A stretch of DNA of 62,627 nucleotides, counting the filler, from Candidatus Babelota bacterium (GTDB lineage: Bacteria > JAGOBX01), in the NCBI GenBank assembly GCA_017999075.1. It is 10 parts of 10 records of this genome, joined end to end, with 100 filler letters (N's around TTAATTAATTAA, not from the genome) between each part and the next. Parts side by side here need not be neighbours in the genome. Positions count along the whole stretch, not along the records: positions 49,237 to 53,634 come from JAGOBX010000351.1; positions 53,735 to 58,131 come from JAGOBX010000352.1; positions 58,232 to 62,627 come from JAGOBX010000353.1; 7 more parts are not named here. One strand, given 5' to 3'. The notes under the pieces are model-generated. The model did not search any database and was not told the DNA's origin. It was given only the letters and a program-made list of their open reading frames with translations. The position numbers and the translations under genes were made by a program. Below, in pieces: positions 52,225 to 62,156 of the stretch (positions within the stretch are counted from its first letter, which is position 1; each line of letters opens with the position of its first letter).

Positions 52225-52252
52225 TTGACAAACAAAAAAAACATAGTAAAAT
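52225..52252 (+). promoter_or_regulatory. Putative tRNA promoter
   Basis: TTGACA-N16-TAAAAT upstream of the tRNA. Confidence 0.45.
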
Positions 52253-52305
52253 GAATCTAAATGCTGATAAAATACAGTGTTTTAATGCTTTTTGATACCT
52301 CAAAA

Positions 52306-52381
52306 GCCCATTTAGCTCAGTTGGTAGAGCAGCTCATTCGTAATGAGCAGGCCGGTGGTTCGAATCCACTAATGGGCTCCA
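52306..52381 (+). tRNA. tRNA-Thr (CGT)
   Basis: Cloverleaf: acceptor GCCCATT/AATGGGC, anticodon arm GCTCA-TTCGTAA-TGAGC, TTCGAAT loop, encoded CCA. Confidence 0.95.
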
Positions 52382-52472
52382 CGGAAAAAACGATTAAATG
52401 TAGAGTTTTATATATAATTTGCATCCTGATTATTTAAAATCACAATAATGCCCATAAAATATTCAGAATATA

Positions 52473-52517
52473 ATCCCGAAAACCGCTCAATAATATTTAC
52501 AAGCAATTTTCGGGATG
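52473..52517. terminator. Hairpin between convergent tRNA and xdhB
   Basis: ATCCCGAAAA...TTTTCGGGAT inverted repeat. Confidence 0.45.
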
Positions 52518-52532
52518 AGTAATTTCCAGAAG

Positions 52533-53634
52533 TTATTCATGAATATACATAAACACTTTTTCAGGAGTTAAAGGCAATGATGGAGCAGGTTTATCTTTTC
52601 TTATACAACGCAATGCGTTCAATATTGCAAAATATGCCCCTAATCCGTGTACAAACGGCGGTTCTCCTACAGCTTTTGAATTAGATACGGCAAATGGATT
52701 AAAAGAATTTTCAAGCAAAGTTATATTGAAATTTTTCGGACAAAACTTTATATCCGGAATTTTATAAGAATTTACCGCTGTAAGCACTTTACAATTTTTA
52801 TCATATTTTATCTGTTCAATTGTTGCCCAGCCAATCCCCTGAATAACTGCGCCTTCAACCTGACCTTTATCAATTTCAATGCTTAAAGATTGACCGACAT
52901 CATGAACAACATCAACTGATTCTATTTCGTAAGTTCCGCGAACACAATCAACAATAACTTCAGTAACAGATGTCCCGTAACTATAATAAGCAAACGGTCT
53001 GCCGCGTTCTTTTACCCTATCTATATAAATCGCAGGCGTAGCATAAAAAGAATGACAAGACAAATCAGTTCTGTCCATATAAGCGTCGGTAATAAGTTCT
53101 TCCCACTTATAATCAGTCTGAGCGCTTTTTATAAAAACTATTTCATTTCTTATTGAAATATCATCAGGGTTATCATGATTTAATTTTTTAGCTGCAAATT
53201 TTTTCAATCTGTTCAACAATTCTTCTCCTGCATTTTTTGCAGCCATTCCGTTAAGATCTGCTCCTGTGCTTGCAGACGTGGGAGAAGCATTTGGAATTCT
53301 TAAAGTATTGGTAGTATCAACTCTTACTTTTTCATTACTTATACAAAGTGTTTTTGCCACTATGCTTATTATTTTTGAATTTACTCCTTGTCCCATTTCT
53401 ACAGCACCAGTGCTTACAGATACGCTGCCGTCAATATAAATATTGACAAGAGCGCTTGCCTGATTCAACGTAGTTTGGGCAAATGATATACCAAAACATA
53501 CCGGTATTACAGCGATTCCTTTTTTTGTATCAGAATATTTTTTATTATATTCAGTTACTGATTTTATCCGTTTTTCTATGTTAACGTTTTGATCAAGCGC
53601 TTCCCAGCATTTTATAGCATTTGTAGTTTCAAGC
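52533..53634 (-). CDS. xdhB: Xanthine dehydrogenase molybdopterin-binding subunit, 5' truncated
   Basis: CFGISF...NQA, EMGQG, SPTSAS, GQVEGA..QG.G, SKAVGEPP; frame extends upstream of the ORF-track start. Confidence 0.88.
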
Positions 53635-53734
53635 NNNNNNNNNNNNNNNNNNNNNNNNNNNNNNNNNNNNNNNNNNNNTTAATTAATTAANNNNNNNNNN
53701 NNNNNNNNNNNNNNNNNNNNNNNNNNNNNNNNNN

Positions 53735-54422
53735 ATATTATGCTCATTATTATAAAAGGAAATGCGTAATTTTCCAAAAAACCAGTCAATGCTGTTAATA
53801 TATTTATTGTTGTGGAAGTTATTCCTAAAGATTGAAATATTTTTACAAATTTCGGTAGAACAAACATCAGTAAAAAAATTATACCGCCTGTTGCTACTGT
53901 AAATAAAACCGTAGGATATATCAGAATAGTTTTAAGTTTGTTTTTTAAAGTTTCTCTTCTTTCAATATAACTTGAAATGTTGTCTAAAACTTCAGGAAGT
54001 TTTCCACTGGATTCCCCTGATTTTATTGCAGCTACAAAAGTTGAAGAAAAAATATTCGGATAATTTGATAATGCCGAAGAAAATAACTGCCCATTTTCTA
54101 TCTTAAAAATTATCTGTGAAATTACTGTTCTGAATTCTGTATCACTGAATTGTTTATTTATTAACTTCAAACTTTCTAATATCATTGATCCTGAATTCAG
54201 CATTACGGCAAGTTGCCATGTAAACAGCATTAAATTTTTGGGTTTTGTAGTTATTTCAGTAATCTTATTTTTTAAATTAACTGCGCTTAAATCCGTTACC
54301 TTTGATACGTATAATTGATTGGCAAATGCATATTCCGCTATTTTATTCTGATTCTCAAAAAAAAGTTCTTCCTCTTTTTTATGACCGGAATTATCTATAA
54401 AATGAATCCTGTACTTTTTCAT
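53735..54422 (-). CDS. PilC/GspF platform protein, truncated
   Basis: FTWQLAVMLNSG, GESSGKL, YP..L, VLPKF. Confidence 0.88.
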
Positions 54423-54424
54423 TA

Positions 54425-56107
54425 TTATACACCGTAAAGTACATTTAAGGCTTCATCCAAACTTGTTAATCCTGACGTGATTTTCAATAAAGCATCTTGT
54501 TTTAAAGTTTTCATCCCGCTGTTAACAGCTGCCTTTTTTATTTCTTCAACAGAAGCTTTTTTCAAAATAAGTTCTCTGATTTCATCGTTCATTATTAAAA
54601 GTTCAAAAACGCCTATTCTGCCTTTATATCCGGTATATTTACAACTTTTACATCCTCTGCTTGTATAAAATGTCATAGTCGAATAATCTGCAGTCTGATC
54701 CAATTCCCGTATAAATTCCGTAGGAGGAAGAAAAGTTTCTTTACAATCCTTACACAAAACACGCACTAAACGCTGGGCAAGTATTGCCTGTAAAGTAGAT
54801 ACTATTAAATACGGTTCTATTCCCATATCTATTAATCTTATTAAAGAATCAGGAGCGTTATTAGTATGTAACGTGCTTAGTACAAAATGTCCTGTCAGCG
54901 CAGAACGTATAGCTATCTCAGATGTTTCAAAATCACGTATTTCTCCAACCATTATTATATCAGGATCCTGACGAAGAATGGACCTCAAACCATTGGCAAA
55001 AGTTAATCCTACTCTCGGATTTACTTCAATTTGATTTATGTTTTCAAGCTGATACTCTACTGGATCCTCAATTGTAACTATATTTTTTTTCAAAGAATCA
55101 AGCTGAGACAGCGCAGCATACAAACTGGTTGTTTTACCGCTGCCTGTAGGTCCGGTTACTAGTAAAATACCAGTATTTTTTTTTAATATATCTATCAGGT
55201 TTTCTTTTGTGGATTCTTCCAGTCCTAAATTTTCAACATTATTAAGCATCTGCATTTTATCAAATAGTCTCATAACTATCTTTTCGCCGAATATTGCAGG
55301 CGATGACGAAACTCTTATATCAATATCTTTATCATTTATTTTAGTCTTGATTCTTCCATCCTGCGGCGTACGTTTTTCTGAAATATCAAGGCGCGACAAT
55401 ACTTTTATCCTTGAAATTATTGCAGAAGCAAATTGTTTTGGAGGGGACGGGATCTCATGTAAAACTCCATCTATCCTGTATCTTATCCTCAATCTTGTAG
55501 GCTGCGGTTCAATGTGTATGTCTGATGCCCTGTCTATCACAGCCTGTTCTATAATTAAATTCACCAGTTTTACTATTGGAGCTTCTTCTGCAGCTTCAGT
55601 TAAATCAACGTATACATCTTCTTCTTTTTCAAATCCAACCTGATCTTTTAACTGAGTTATCAGTTCACCCATATAATCCTGTATTCCGAAATATTGGGAT
55701 ATAACATTTTTTAATTTACTTCTGGATATTAAAACAGGACAGATATTTAAGTTGGTGGTTTGTTTTAATTCATCTATAAGATATAAATCCGTAGGATCAA
55801 CCATCCCGACAGTCAAATTATTCTGAATCTTGAATATAGGTAAAATATTCTTGTTTTTTATATCTTCTTCAGAGATTATTGAAATTACATTTTTGTCTAT
55901 AAGAGAAAAAGTAAGATTAATGTATGGAACATTTATTTTTTGAGAAATGATTTTAATTATTTGCTCTTCTTTTAATATTCCTTCATCTTCAATAATTTCA
56001 ATTATACTTTTATTGGATTTATTGTATAATTTTAATATATCATCAAATTGTTCTTTGTTGATTTGATTTTCTTCAAAAAGGTAATTTAATACTGTAATTT
56101 CATCCAT
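54425..56107 (-). CDS. PilB/GspE assembly ATPase
   Basis: ASDIHIEP, PQDGR, GPTGSGKTT, LRQDPD, STLHTN, CxxC...CxxC. Confidence 0.93.
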   Translation of the reverse strand: MDEITVLNYLFEENQINKEQFDDILKLYNKSNKSIIEIIEDEGILKEEQIIKIISQKINVPYINLTFSLIDKNVISIISEEDIKNKNILPIFKIQNNLTVGMVDPTDLYLIDELKQTTNLNICPVLISRSKLKNVISQYFGIQDYMGELITQLKDQVGFEKEEDVYVDLTEAAEEAPIVKLVNLIIEQAVIDRASDIHIEPQPTRLRIRYRIDGVLHEIPSPPKQFASAIISRIKVLSRLDISEKRTPQDGRIKTKINDKDIDIRVSSSPAIFGEKIVMRLFDKMQMLNNVENLGLEESTKENLIDILKKNTGILLVTGPTGSGKTTSLYAALSQLDSLKKNIVTIEDPVEYQLENINQIEVNPRVGLTFANGLRSILRQDPDIIMVGEIRDFETSEIAIRSALTGHFVLSTLHTNNAPDSLIRLIDMGIEPYLIVSTLQAILAQRLVRVLCKDCKETFLPPTEFIRELDQTADYSTMTFYTSRGCKSCKYTGYKGRIGVFELLIMNDEIRELILKKASVEEIKKAAVNSGMKTLKQDALLKITSGLTSLDEALNVLYGV

Positions 56108-56203
56108 TTTTTAAACAGATAAACTAATTTTGATTATTTAGTTCGAAAATTATATTATTTTATAATAAATTACAGACTCAGTATATTTCAAACACTTTTT
56201 TTA

Positions 56204-56752
56204 TTATAATAATTCTCTATATATTTCCGGACGCGGACCTGGAATTACCACTGCGTTTACAAGAAGACCTTTTTCACCTATAACAGTTTTAGCAGATTCT
56301 ACTCCTGCTTTCACATCAGCTACAGTTCCGGTAACTGTAAAAAATGCTTTTCCGCCAAGAGCCATAGCTAACCTTATTTCTATAAGTTCAACCTGTGCGG
56401 CTTTTACAGCAGCATCTGCTCCTTCTATCAATGAAGATATTGAAAAACTTTCTACTATACCGAGAGCATCAGGGTTTTCTATTGTATTCAACCCTCTTAT
56501 CGCAGGAAATACAGATTCATGTATATTAGGAATTATTATACTGTCAACAAAAGCAAAATCAGATGTTCTTATTCCGGTTTCAACGCTTGCTTTTACAGCT
56601 CCTACTTCTCCGCAAACCAATGTTATATGTTTTCCTGAACAAATAGTTCTTGCAATCAAAAGTTCCACTTCTGCTGCTTTTAACATTTCATCTACTACAA
56701 GAAACCCTTGTGAAATACTGGATACTTCGACTAATCCGATAGCATTTTTCAT
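56204..56752 (-). CDS. pduT: Tandem BMC shell protein (PduT-like BMC-T)
   Basis: AIGLVE...DEMLKAA...TICSGK (pore Cys), ADAAVKAA, IRLAMALGGK. Confidence 0.85.
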   Translation of the reverse strand: MKNAIGLVEVSSISQGFLVVDEMLKAAEVELLIARTICSGKHITLVCGEVGAVKASVETGIRTSDFAFVDSIIIPNIHESVFPAIRGLNTIENPDALGIVESFSISSLIEGADAAVKAAQVELIEIRLAMALGGKAFFTVTGTVADVKAGVESAKTVIGEKGLLVNAVVIPGPRPEIYRELL

Positions 56753-56770
56753 CTCTAATCACTCTCTCGA

Positions 56771-58108
56771 TTAAGATTTTTTTATTTTAATATAAGCACT
56801 CGATATTTCTGATACTTTACCGTCTATACTTGCATGAACCGATGCTCCCATTTTACCTTCAGGTGTTCTGCCGATAATTTGACCGCATTTAACTGTTTCT
56901 CCTAATTTTACTAAAACAGAACACGGTACTCCTATATGCTGATTTAACATTATTGTAATCTCTTTAGGCTTAAAATCTATTTTTTCAAAATGAGCAGGTT
57001 TGTCGTATTTAGATAATGTCAATCTTTCCAGCAAACGTTTTGTAGGAAGTTTTCTATATTCACGCATCGGATGAGCTTTTAAAACTTTGTCTTTCGGTAT
57101 AACATATCTTATCCCTTCTTTAGCAAGTTCTCGTTTTGAAATTCCGCACGATTCACCCGGATATAACAATTCAGGGCAAGAAAACAATGTGCATAATTTA
57201 CATTCCACGCATAAAAGAGACCAATTTGAAACAGCTTTAAACTGTTTGCCTGTCAATCCCAGTGACCTCATCACCATATGAGGTCTGACATCATGACCTA
57301 ACAAATATCTCGGGCAAAATTCTGTACAATAAGAACACTGATCACACGAACTTTTACCTATCCGTTGAGTTGATTCAGAAGGCAATGTTTTTCTTATTAT
57401 CAGAGGATGATCGGCCGATAACACGATATAACCTGCAGATGTTTTTGTTACTGCTGAATTTTCATCAAACAAAACTTTACCCATCATTGGACCACCGTCT
57501 ATAAACGCTGGTTTTTTAACCGTAACTCCGCCTGCAAAAGGAAGTATATCTTTTATAGCCGTTCCTACTGGAACCTTTATTGTAACAGGATGCTTAACTT
57601 CACCTGTAATTGTCAAATATTTTTCTGTTACAGGATGACCGGAATTCACAGCATAATGAATATTTAAAAATGTTTCGCTGTTTGATACAACACAACCTAC
57701 ATTTAACGGTATTCCTCCTGGAGGAACGATCCTTTTAGTCACTTCATAAACCAATACCACTTCATCTCCTGAAGGGTAAACGTCATCTATTATTTCAACT
57801 TTAATTCCTTTATATTTTTTACATATATCTTTCAGTTTAGGGATAGCTTCTTTATTCTTAGATTTTAACGCTATTATGCCTGTTGGTGCTCCTGTAATTT
57901 CCATTACTATTTTTAAACCTGACACCATTTCTTCAGGAAACAATCTCATAATTTCTTTATCTTTGTACAAAAGAGGTTCGCATTCTGCGCCATTAATTAT
58001 TACTGTATCAACTTTGGCATTAACCTTAACATTTGTAGGAAATCCTGCTCCGCCTGCTCCTATAATGCCGAATTCACGTATTATATTGATTAGTTTGTCT
58101 TTTTCCAT
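56771..58108 (-). CDS. pduS: PduS-like (RnfC-related) flavin/Fe-S protein of a BMC locus
   Basis: GAGGAGFPT, NGAECEP, SLBB GGPMMG, CDQCSYCTEFCP, CVECKLC...CP, C-terminal QHIG sandwich domain. Confidence 0.88.
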   Translation of the reverse strand: MEKDKLINIIREFGIIGAGGAGFPTNVKVNAKVDTVIINGAECEPLLYKDKEIMRLFPEEMVSGLKIVMEITGAPTGIIALKSKNKEAIPKLKDICKKYKGIKVEIIDDVYPSGDEVVLVYEVTKRIVPPGGIPLNVGCVVSNSETFLNIHYAVNSGHPVTEKYLTITGEVKHPVTIKVPVGTAIKDILPFAGGVTVKKPAFIDGGPMMGKVLFDENSAVTKTSAGYIVLSADHPLIIRKTLPSESTQRIGKSSCDQCSYCTEFCPRYLLGHDVRPHMVMRSLGLTGKQFKAVSNWSLLCVECKLCTLFSCPELLYPGESCGISKRELAKEGIRYVIPKDKVLKAHPMREYRKLPTKRLLERLTLSKYDKPAHFEKIDFKPKEITIMLNQHIGVPCSVLVKLGETVKCGQIIGRTPEGKMGASVHASIDGKVSEISSAYIKIKKS

Positions 58109-58231
58109 AATTTATGTTTTAACCTTAATTTNNNNNNNNNNNNNNNNNNNNNNNNNNNNNNNNNNNNNNNNNNNNTTAATTAATTAANNNNNNNNNNNNN
58201 NNNNNNNNNNNNNNNNNNNNNNNNNNNNNNN

Positions 58232-58691
58232 CTTTAAAACAAAAAGCTTTTCGGCTATCTCCAGTTATCCCGTATTTTATAGAACCAAAGCTTAAACCTA
58301 TCTTTACTGAAAGATTGAAATTTCCGAAAGCAGTTTCGAGATTATTAAATTTTTCAAATATTAAATTGATTTTTATTGCGCTTAACAATGCGTTTGAACA
58401 ACCTTGTTTTTCGAAAATTGCAGTGAATGCATCACCAGCGAAATTAGCAATAAAACCGCCGTTTTCATATATTATATTAATTGCCGGATCTAGTACGCTG
58501 TTTATTATATCAGCAAGAATTTCCGCACCTTCGGTGTTCTGCTCTTTTTTATTTGAACCGGATTTCATTAGTTTTTCTGTAATTTTTGTGAATCCGGAAA
58601 TATCCATGAACAATGCCGCGCCTTTAAATTCTCCTTGAATTTCACCACTTTTTAATTTTTGTTCTATAAAATGAGGTATTAAATTTTTCAT
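58232..58691 (-). CDS. Soluble-AC-like class III cyclase, N-terminal domain (truncated)
   Basis: LFMDISGFT.ITE.L, GAE.L, FAGDA, KIGLSFG. Confidence 0.85.
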
Positions 58692-58788
58692 TTTTTTCAG
58701 TATATATTTTATAGCAATATTCTAAATTTATATTATAAAAAATATTCAAATTCAATGTTAACTATTTGGATAAGTATAATAAAAGTTT

Positions 58789-59508
58789 TTAACGGCGGTT
58801 TATAAGTATCTCTGAAAATAAAAAATTAATTGTATCAATGACATCTTTTAAATTATCGTTGATAAAAAAATGTCCGGCGTTAAATTTATAAAAGTTGCAT
58901 TTTTTATTTGTATAATTTTTCCATTGATATACATCGGATTCCTTTACATCAGCATCATTAGAACCATAAAACACGGCAATATCGTGATTAAATTTTTCTT
59001 TGTGATTAGAAAATTCATACGTCTCTGTAATTTTATAATCAGCCCTTATAATAGGTATAAAGAAATCAAGCAGTTCGTCATTGTTCAGAATTTCTTCTGA
59101 AGTACCGCCTGTTTCCCGAAGATCATTGATAAATTCCGAACGGGGCTGATTATAATGAATTTTTGATGGTTTAATATGCGGCGGAAATCTTCCGGAAAAT
59201 ATTGAAATTACCGGAGGCATTAAATTCAAAAAATTAATTTTATAAAGTAATTCGTATAAAATAAGAGTTCCCATGCTGTGAGCAAAAAATGCATAATGCG
59301 ATTCATTTAAGTTTTTTATTATTGTTTTTAAAACATCATCTGCAGCAGCGGATATTGAATCATACAAAGGTTGAGAAATTTTACTTCCTCTACCAGATAA
59401 TTCACAGGGTATAAGTTCAATATCAGAAATTAAAAGATTTTTCCATTTATAAAAAACAGTAGCAGAACCGCCGGCATAAGGTATGCAAAAAAGTTTAAAT
59501 TTGCTCAT
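58789..59508 (-). CDS. Type II thioesterase (GrsT/RifR-like)
   Basis: LFCIPYAGGSA, AHSMG, IRADY, GHFF. Confidence 0.92.
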   Translation of the reverse strand: MSKFKLFCIPYAGGSATVFYKWKNLLISDIELIPCELSGRGSKISQPLYDSISAAADDVLKTIIKNLNESHYAFFAHSMGTLILYELLYKINFLNLMPPVISIFSGRFPPHIKPSKIHYNQPRSEFINDLRETGGTSEEILNNDELLDFFIPIIRADYKITETYEFSNHKEKFNHDIAVFYGSNDADVKESDVYQWKNYTNKKCNFYKFNAGHFFINDNLKDVIDTINFLFSEILINRR

Positions 59509-59550
59509 ATTTTATTTAAAAAATTGATTAATTAATAACAAAATTCAGAT

Positions 59551-60174
59551 TTATTTTTTTTTATTATATTTATTCTCAAAATATTTTTTTACTTTTGAAG
59601 GATCAAAATCAAGAAAAGTGCCGCCTGATTCATAATGTTGTAAATAAAATTGACCAATATAATAAGTGGCAGCACTGGCAATTCCAGGCATAAATAAAAA
59701 CGATGAAATCGTGCCTATGCCAGGGATCATTTTTAATAAAGTTTTTAGTCCTGAATTTCCTAATGATCCTGAAATTATTGAACTTGTTATTGAAGATAAA
59801 ATAGCCTTGCCCTTTTCTTCTGAAAAATCAAATCTATACAGATTAGTCAACTCAGCAATCATTTTAAGCTGGACTGCAGTTAAAGCAGCAATATCAACCA
59901 ATGGAACAGGTATAACCCCAGCAGCTATTGAAAAACAAGAATATTTTTTTATTATTTGTCTGGCTTTTTCGATTTTTGATGAATCAGGAATATATTCTTC
60001 TGAAATTTCTTTTACGGAAACAGACTCAATATTATCAGGATGTTGAGATGTGATTTCGGATTGAATCTTATCATTTATAGAAATTTCGCTGATTTCCTGT
60101 TCGGATATTGGCTCATATAATCTTCTGCGTTTTCTGGAAACTTTTTTTTTTGAAAAATTTTCCATATTTTCCAT
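59551..60174 (-). CDS. DUF697/YcjF-like protein with basic/acidic N-terminal extension
   Basis: AAGVIPVPLVD...VQLKMI..L...Y, K.IPG.G, A.TY.IG.....H.E.GG. Confidence 0.8.
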   Translation of the reverse strand: MENMENFSKKKVSRKRRRLYEPISEQEISEISINDKIQSEITSQHPDNIESVSVKEISEEYIPDSSKIEKARQIIKKYSCFSIAAGVIPVPLVDIAALTAVQLKMIAELTNLYRFDFSEEKGKAILSSITSSIISGSLGNSGLKTLLKMIPGIGTISSFLFMPGIASAATYYIGQFYLQHYESGGTFLDFDPSKVKKYFENKYNKKK

Positions 60175-60264
60175 TAAGTTTTACTCCTTGGTATTGACTT
60201 CTGAACTAATTAATTTACTGAAAAAATGTTACGCATATTTTTATTTAATTTTCAACTGATTATT

Positions 60265-61227
60265 TCAAAACTGGGCATCAGCTGTTTCTGTGAATTTTAT
60301 ATTCAATAAATTTCTTATGTATTGATCAAAATCAAGACCGGCTTTTGAACTGCTTTGATTTAAAAATATCGTTTCATGCATTGAGATTGTTTTTGAAAAA
60401 ACTGAGCTTGTCCGTATATAATTGGGAATCAGCATATCCGAATATTTATTTTTAAGGAATTCCCATGTTTTTAAAGATATTGCTTCTCTGGCATCAAACT
60501 TCATAAATAATATTTTAATAACTGGAATAGGAAGATTGAAAACTCCGCAAATTGATTTAATTTCTTTTAATGTTATTTCAATTCCTTTAATCGAAAATAC
60601 ATCGCTGCAAACAGGGATGACAATAATATTTGAAGCGCATATTGCAGATATTACTGCTGCTCCGAGAGAAGGAGGGCAATCAATCGAAATCAGTTCAAAA
60701 TTATTATTTTTTAGTTCGTTACACACTCCTGAAACCGCATTTTTTTGGGAAGCAGGGTTTATTAAATTTAAGTCAAGCAAACCATTATCAAGAGAAGATG
60801 GGAGAATATATAAATTATCTTCGATTTTTTTTAAAGCCGGGATAACATCAAGTTCAGGGTTTTGCCATATATCTGAAAAAATCGGCTCGTCATCTTCCGG
60901 AGTCATATTAAAAAGTAAAGTTGCAGATGCTTGAGAATCCATGTCCAGAATCGCTGTTTTGAAACCGTATTGTTTTGCTCTGGTTGCAAGCGAAACTGCA
61001 CAGGTTGTTTTGCCTACTCCTCCGCGCAGATTAATATGAGAAATTATTTTAAAAGAAAAATCGTTTTTATTCTGTAAAAAAACGCGGACAGCCTCAGGAC
61101 TGATTTTATAACGTCCAATCCCTGTATGAAATAAATGTTCTGCATTAATTCTTTTTTTTAATATAGTGCTTTTGCAGCCGGATAAAACAGATAATTCAGT
61201 TAGGGTCAATAAATATTTTGAATCCAT
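60265..61227 (-). CDS. ParA-family ATPase with N-terminal excisionase-like HTH
   Basis: NLRGGVGKTT, DMDSQASAT, IDCPPSLG; N-terminal LTLTELS..SG.....L. Confidence 0.88.
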   Translation of the reverse strand: MDSKYLLTLTELSVLSGCKSTILKKRINAEHLFHTGIGRYKISPEAVRVFLQNKNDFSFKIISHINLRGGVGKTTCAVSLATRAKQYGFKTAILDMDSQASATLLFNMTPEDDEPIFSDIWQNPELDVIPALKKIEDNLYILPSSLDNGLLDLNLINPASQKNAVSGVCNELKNNNFELISIDCPPSLGAAVISAICASNIIVIPVCSDVFSIKGIEITLKEIKSICGVFNLPIPVIKILFMKFDAREAISLKTWEFLKNKYSDMLIPNYIRTSSVFSKTISMHETIFLNQSSSKAGLDFDQYIRNLLNIKFTETADAQF

Positions 61228-61239
61228 AAATAAAAAAAT

Positions 61240-61275
61240 CCGGATAAGAATACAAAATAATAAACTTCTTATCCG
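61240..61275 (-). terminator. Hairpin between the DUF481 gene and parA
   Basis: CCGGATAAGAA...TTCTTATCCGG, followed by ATTTTTT on the minus strand. Confidence 0.55.
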
Positions 61276-61295
61276 GGAAAAATTAATTTATAAAA

Positions 61296-62138
61296 TCAGA
61301 ATGATTTCATCAGAGAAACTGTCAAAGTCCAATCACTTTTTTCCAAATATGATAATGGATTATCAATACAGAAAATTGGTTTGTTAGTGTATTTATAATT
61401 GAAATCCAGGTTTAAAAAAGTGGTTTTTGACAACGGAGTGCTGAGAGTGTTAGTTGAATCAGCTTTGAAATCTTTTCCGAACATAAAATATGTAATGTGT
61501 TTGAATGTGAAATATTCGTTGCGTTTTACATATTTCGGTCTCATTGTTCCGTATAGTCTGTTCCTGTTAGCAGGCTTGATTGGTTGATAAGTAACTAGGT
61601 CATACCAATTGTTCTGCATAAGAAGGTCAGGAGTATCCAAATATCTGATTGTTTCATACATTGCCCCAAAACTTACAGATAAATTATTTTCAACAGTTTC
61701 AGTTTTTTCTTTAAAAAAAGTATATTTGGCGCCTAACATATAATTCATTTTAAGATCAATCAATTGTGTTCTGTTGTAATTTGCGGATATAAACCCGAAC
61801 CAGGAAAGTTTTTCATCAGGTTTATGGTCATAACTTGCGCGCAGATTGTGTTCCTGCACTGTTTTATACTTTGTTTGTATAGCGTTTGGAACGCCTGTTG
61901 AATAATCAATGCTTTTGATTGTCTGATTGCCGTAAATAGTGCTTCCGCTGAATGAAAGCTCATAATCAGAAGATTTTCTTTCGATAGCTCCGCCTAAATT
62001 GATATTTGCATATTTGTTATTTCCGCCTGCAGTTGATATACCGGATTGCATATAAGCGCTCCAATATTGAGGCAAAGCAAACAAGTTGGCTGAAAATATC
62101 AGCAAAATAAATAAAATAAAAAAAAATTTTTTGGGCAT
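61296..62138 (-). CDS. DUF481-like outer-membrane beta-barrel
   Basis: Signal peptide, GN..., alternating beta strands, Y.NKP, C-terminal Phe. Confidence 0.65.
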   Translation of the reverse strand: MPKKFFFILFILLIFSANLFALPQYWSAYMQSGISTAGGNNKYANINLGGAIERKSSDYELSFSGSTIYGNQTIKSIDYSTGVPNAIQTKYKTVQEHNLRASYDHKPDEKLSWFGFISANYNRTQLIDLKMNYMLGAKYTFFKEKTETVENNLSVSFGAMYETIRYLDTPDLLMQNNWYDLVTYQPIKPANRNRLYGTMRPKYVKRNEYFTFKHITYFMFGKDFKADSTNTLSTPLSKTTFLNLDFNYKYTNKPIFCIDNPLSYLEKSDWTLTVSLMKSF

Positions 62139-62156
62139 AAACTCCCCTCCTAAAAA

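Noticed and set aside
52109-52303. 64-aa ORF as an intact gene
   Set aside because: Only its middle matches the Dam N-terminus; the homology continues in other frames, so it is a pseudogene fragment.
52533-58108. xdhB plus BMC genes as a xanthine-utilising microcompartment locus
   Set aside because: They lie on different contigs separated by a linker; there is no linkage evidence.
21891-58231. Recurrent TTAATTAATTAA flanked by N runs at ~4.5-kb spacing
   Set aside because: Artificial contig linker with stops in all frames, not a biological repeat; ORFs ending in X..LIN are artefacts.
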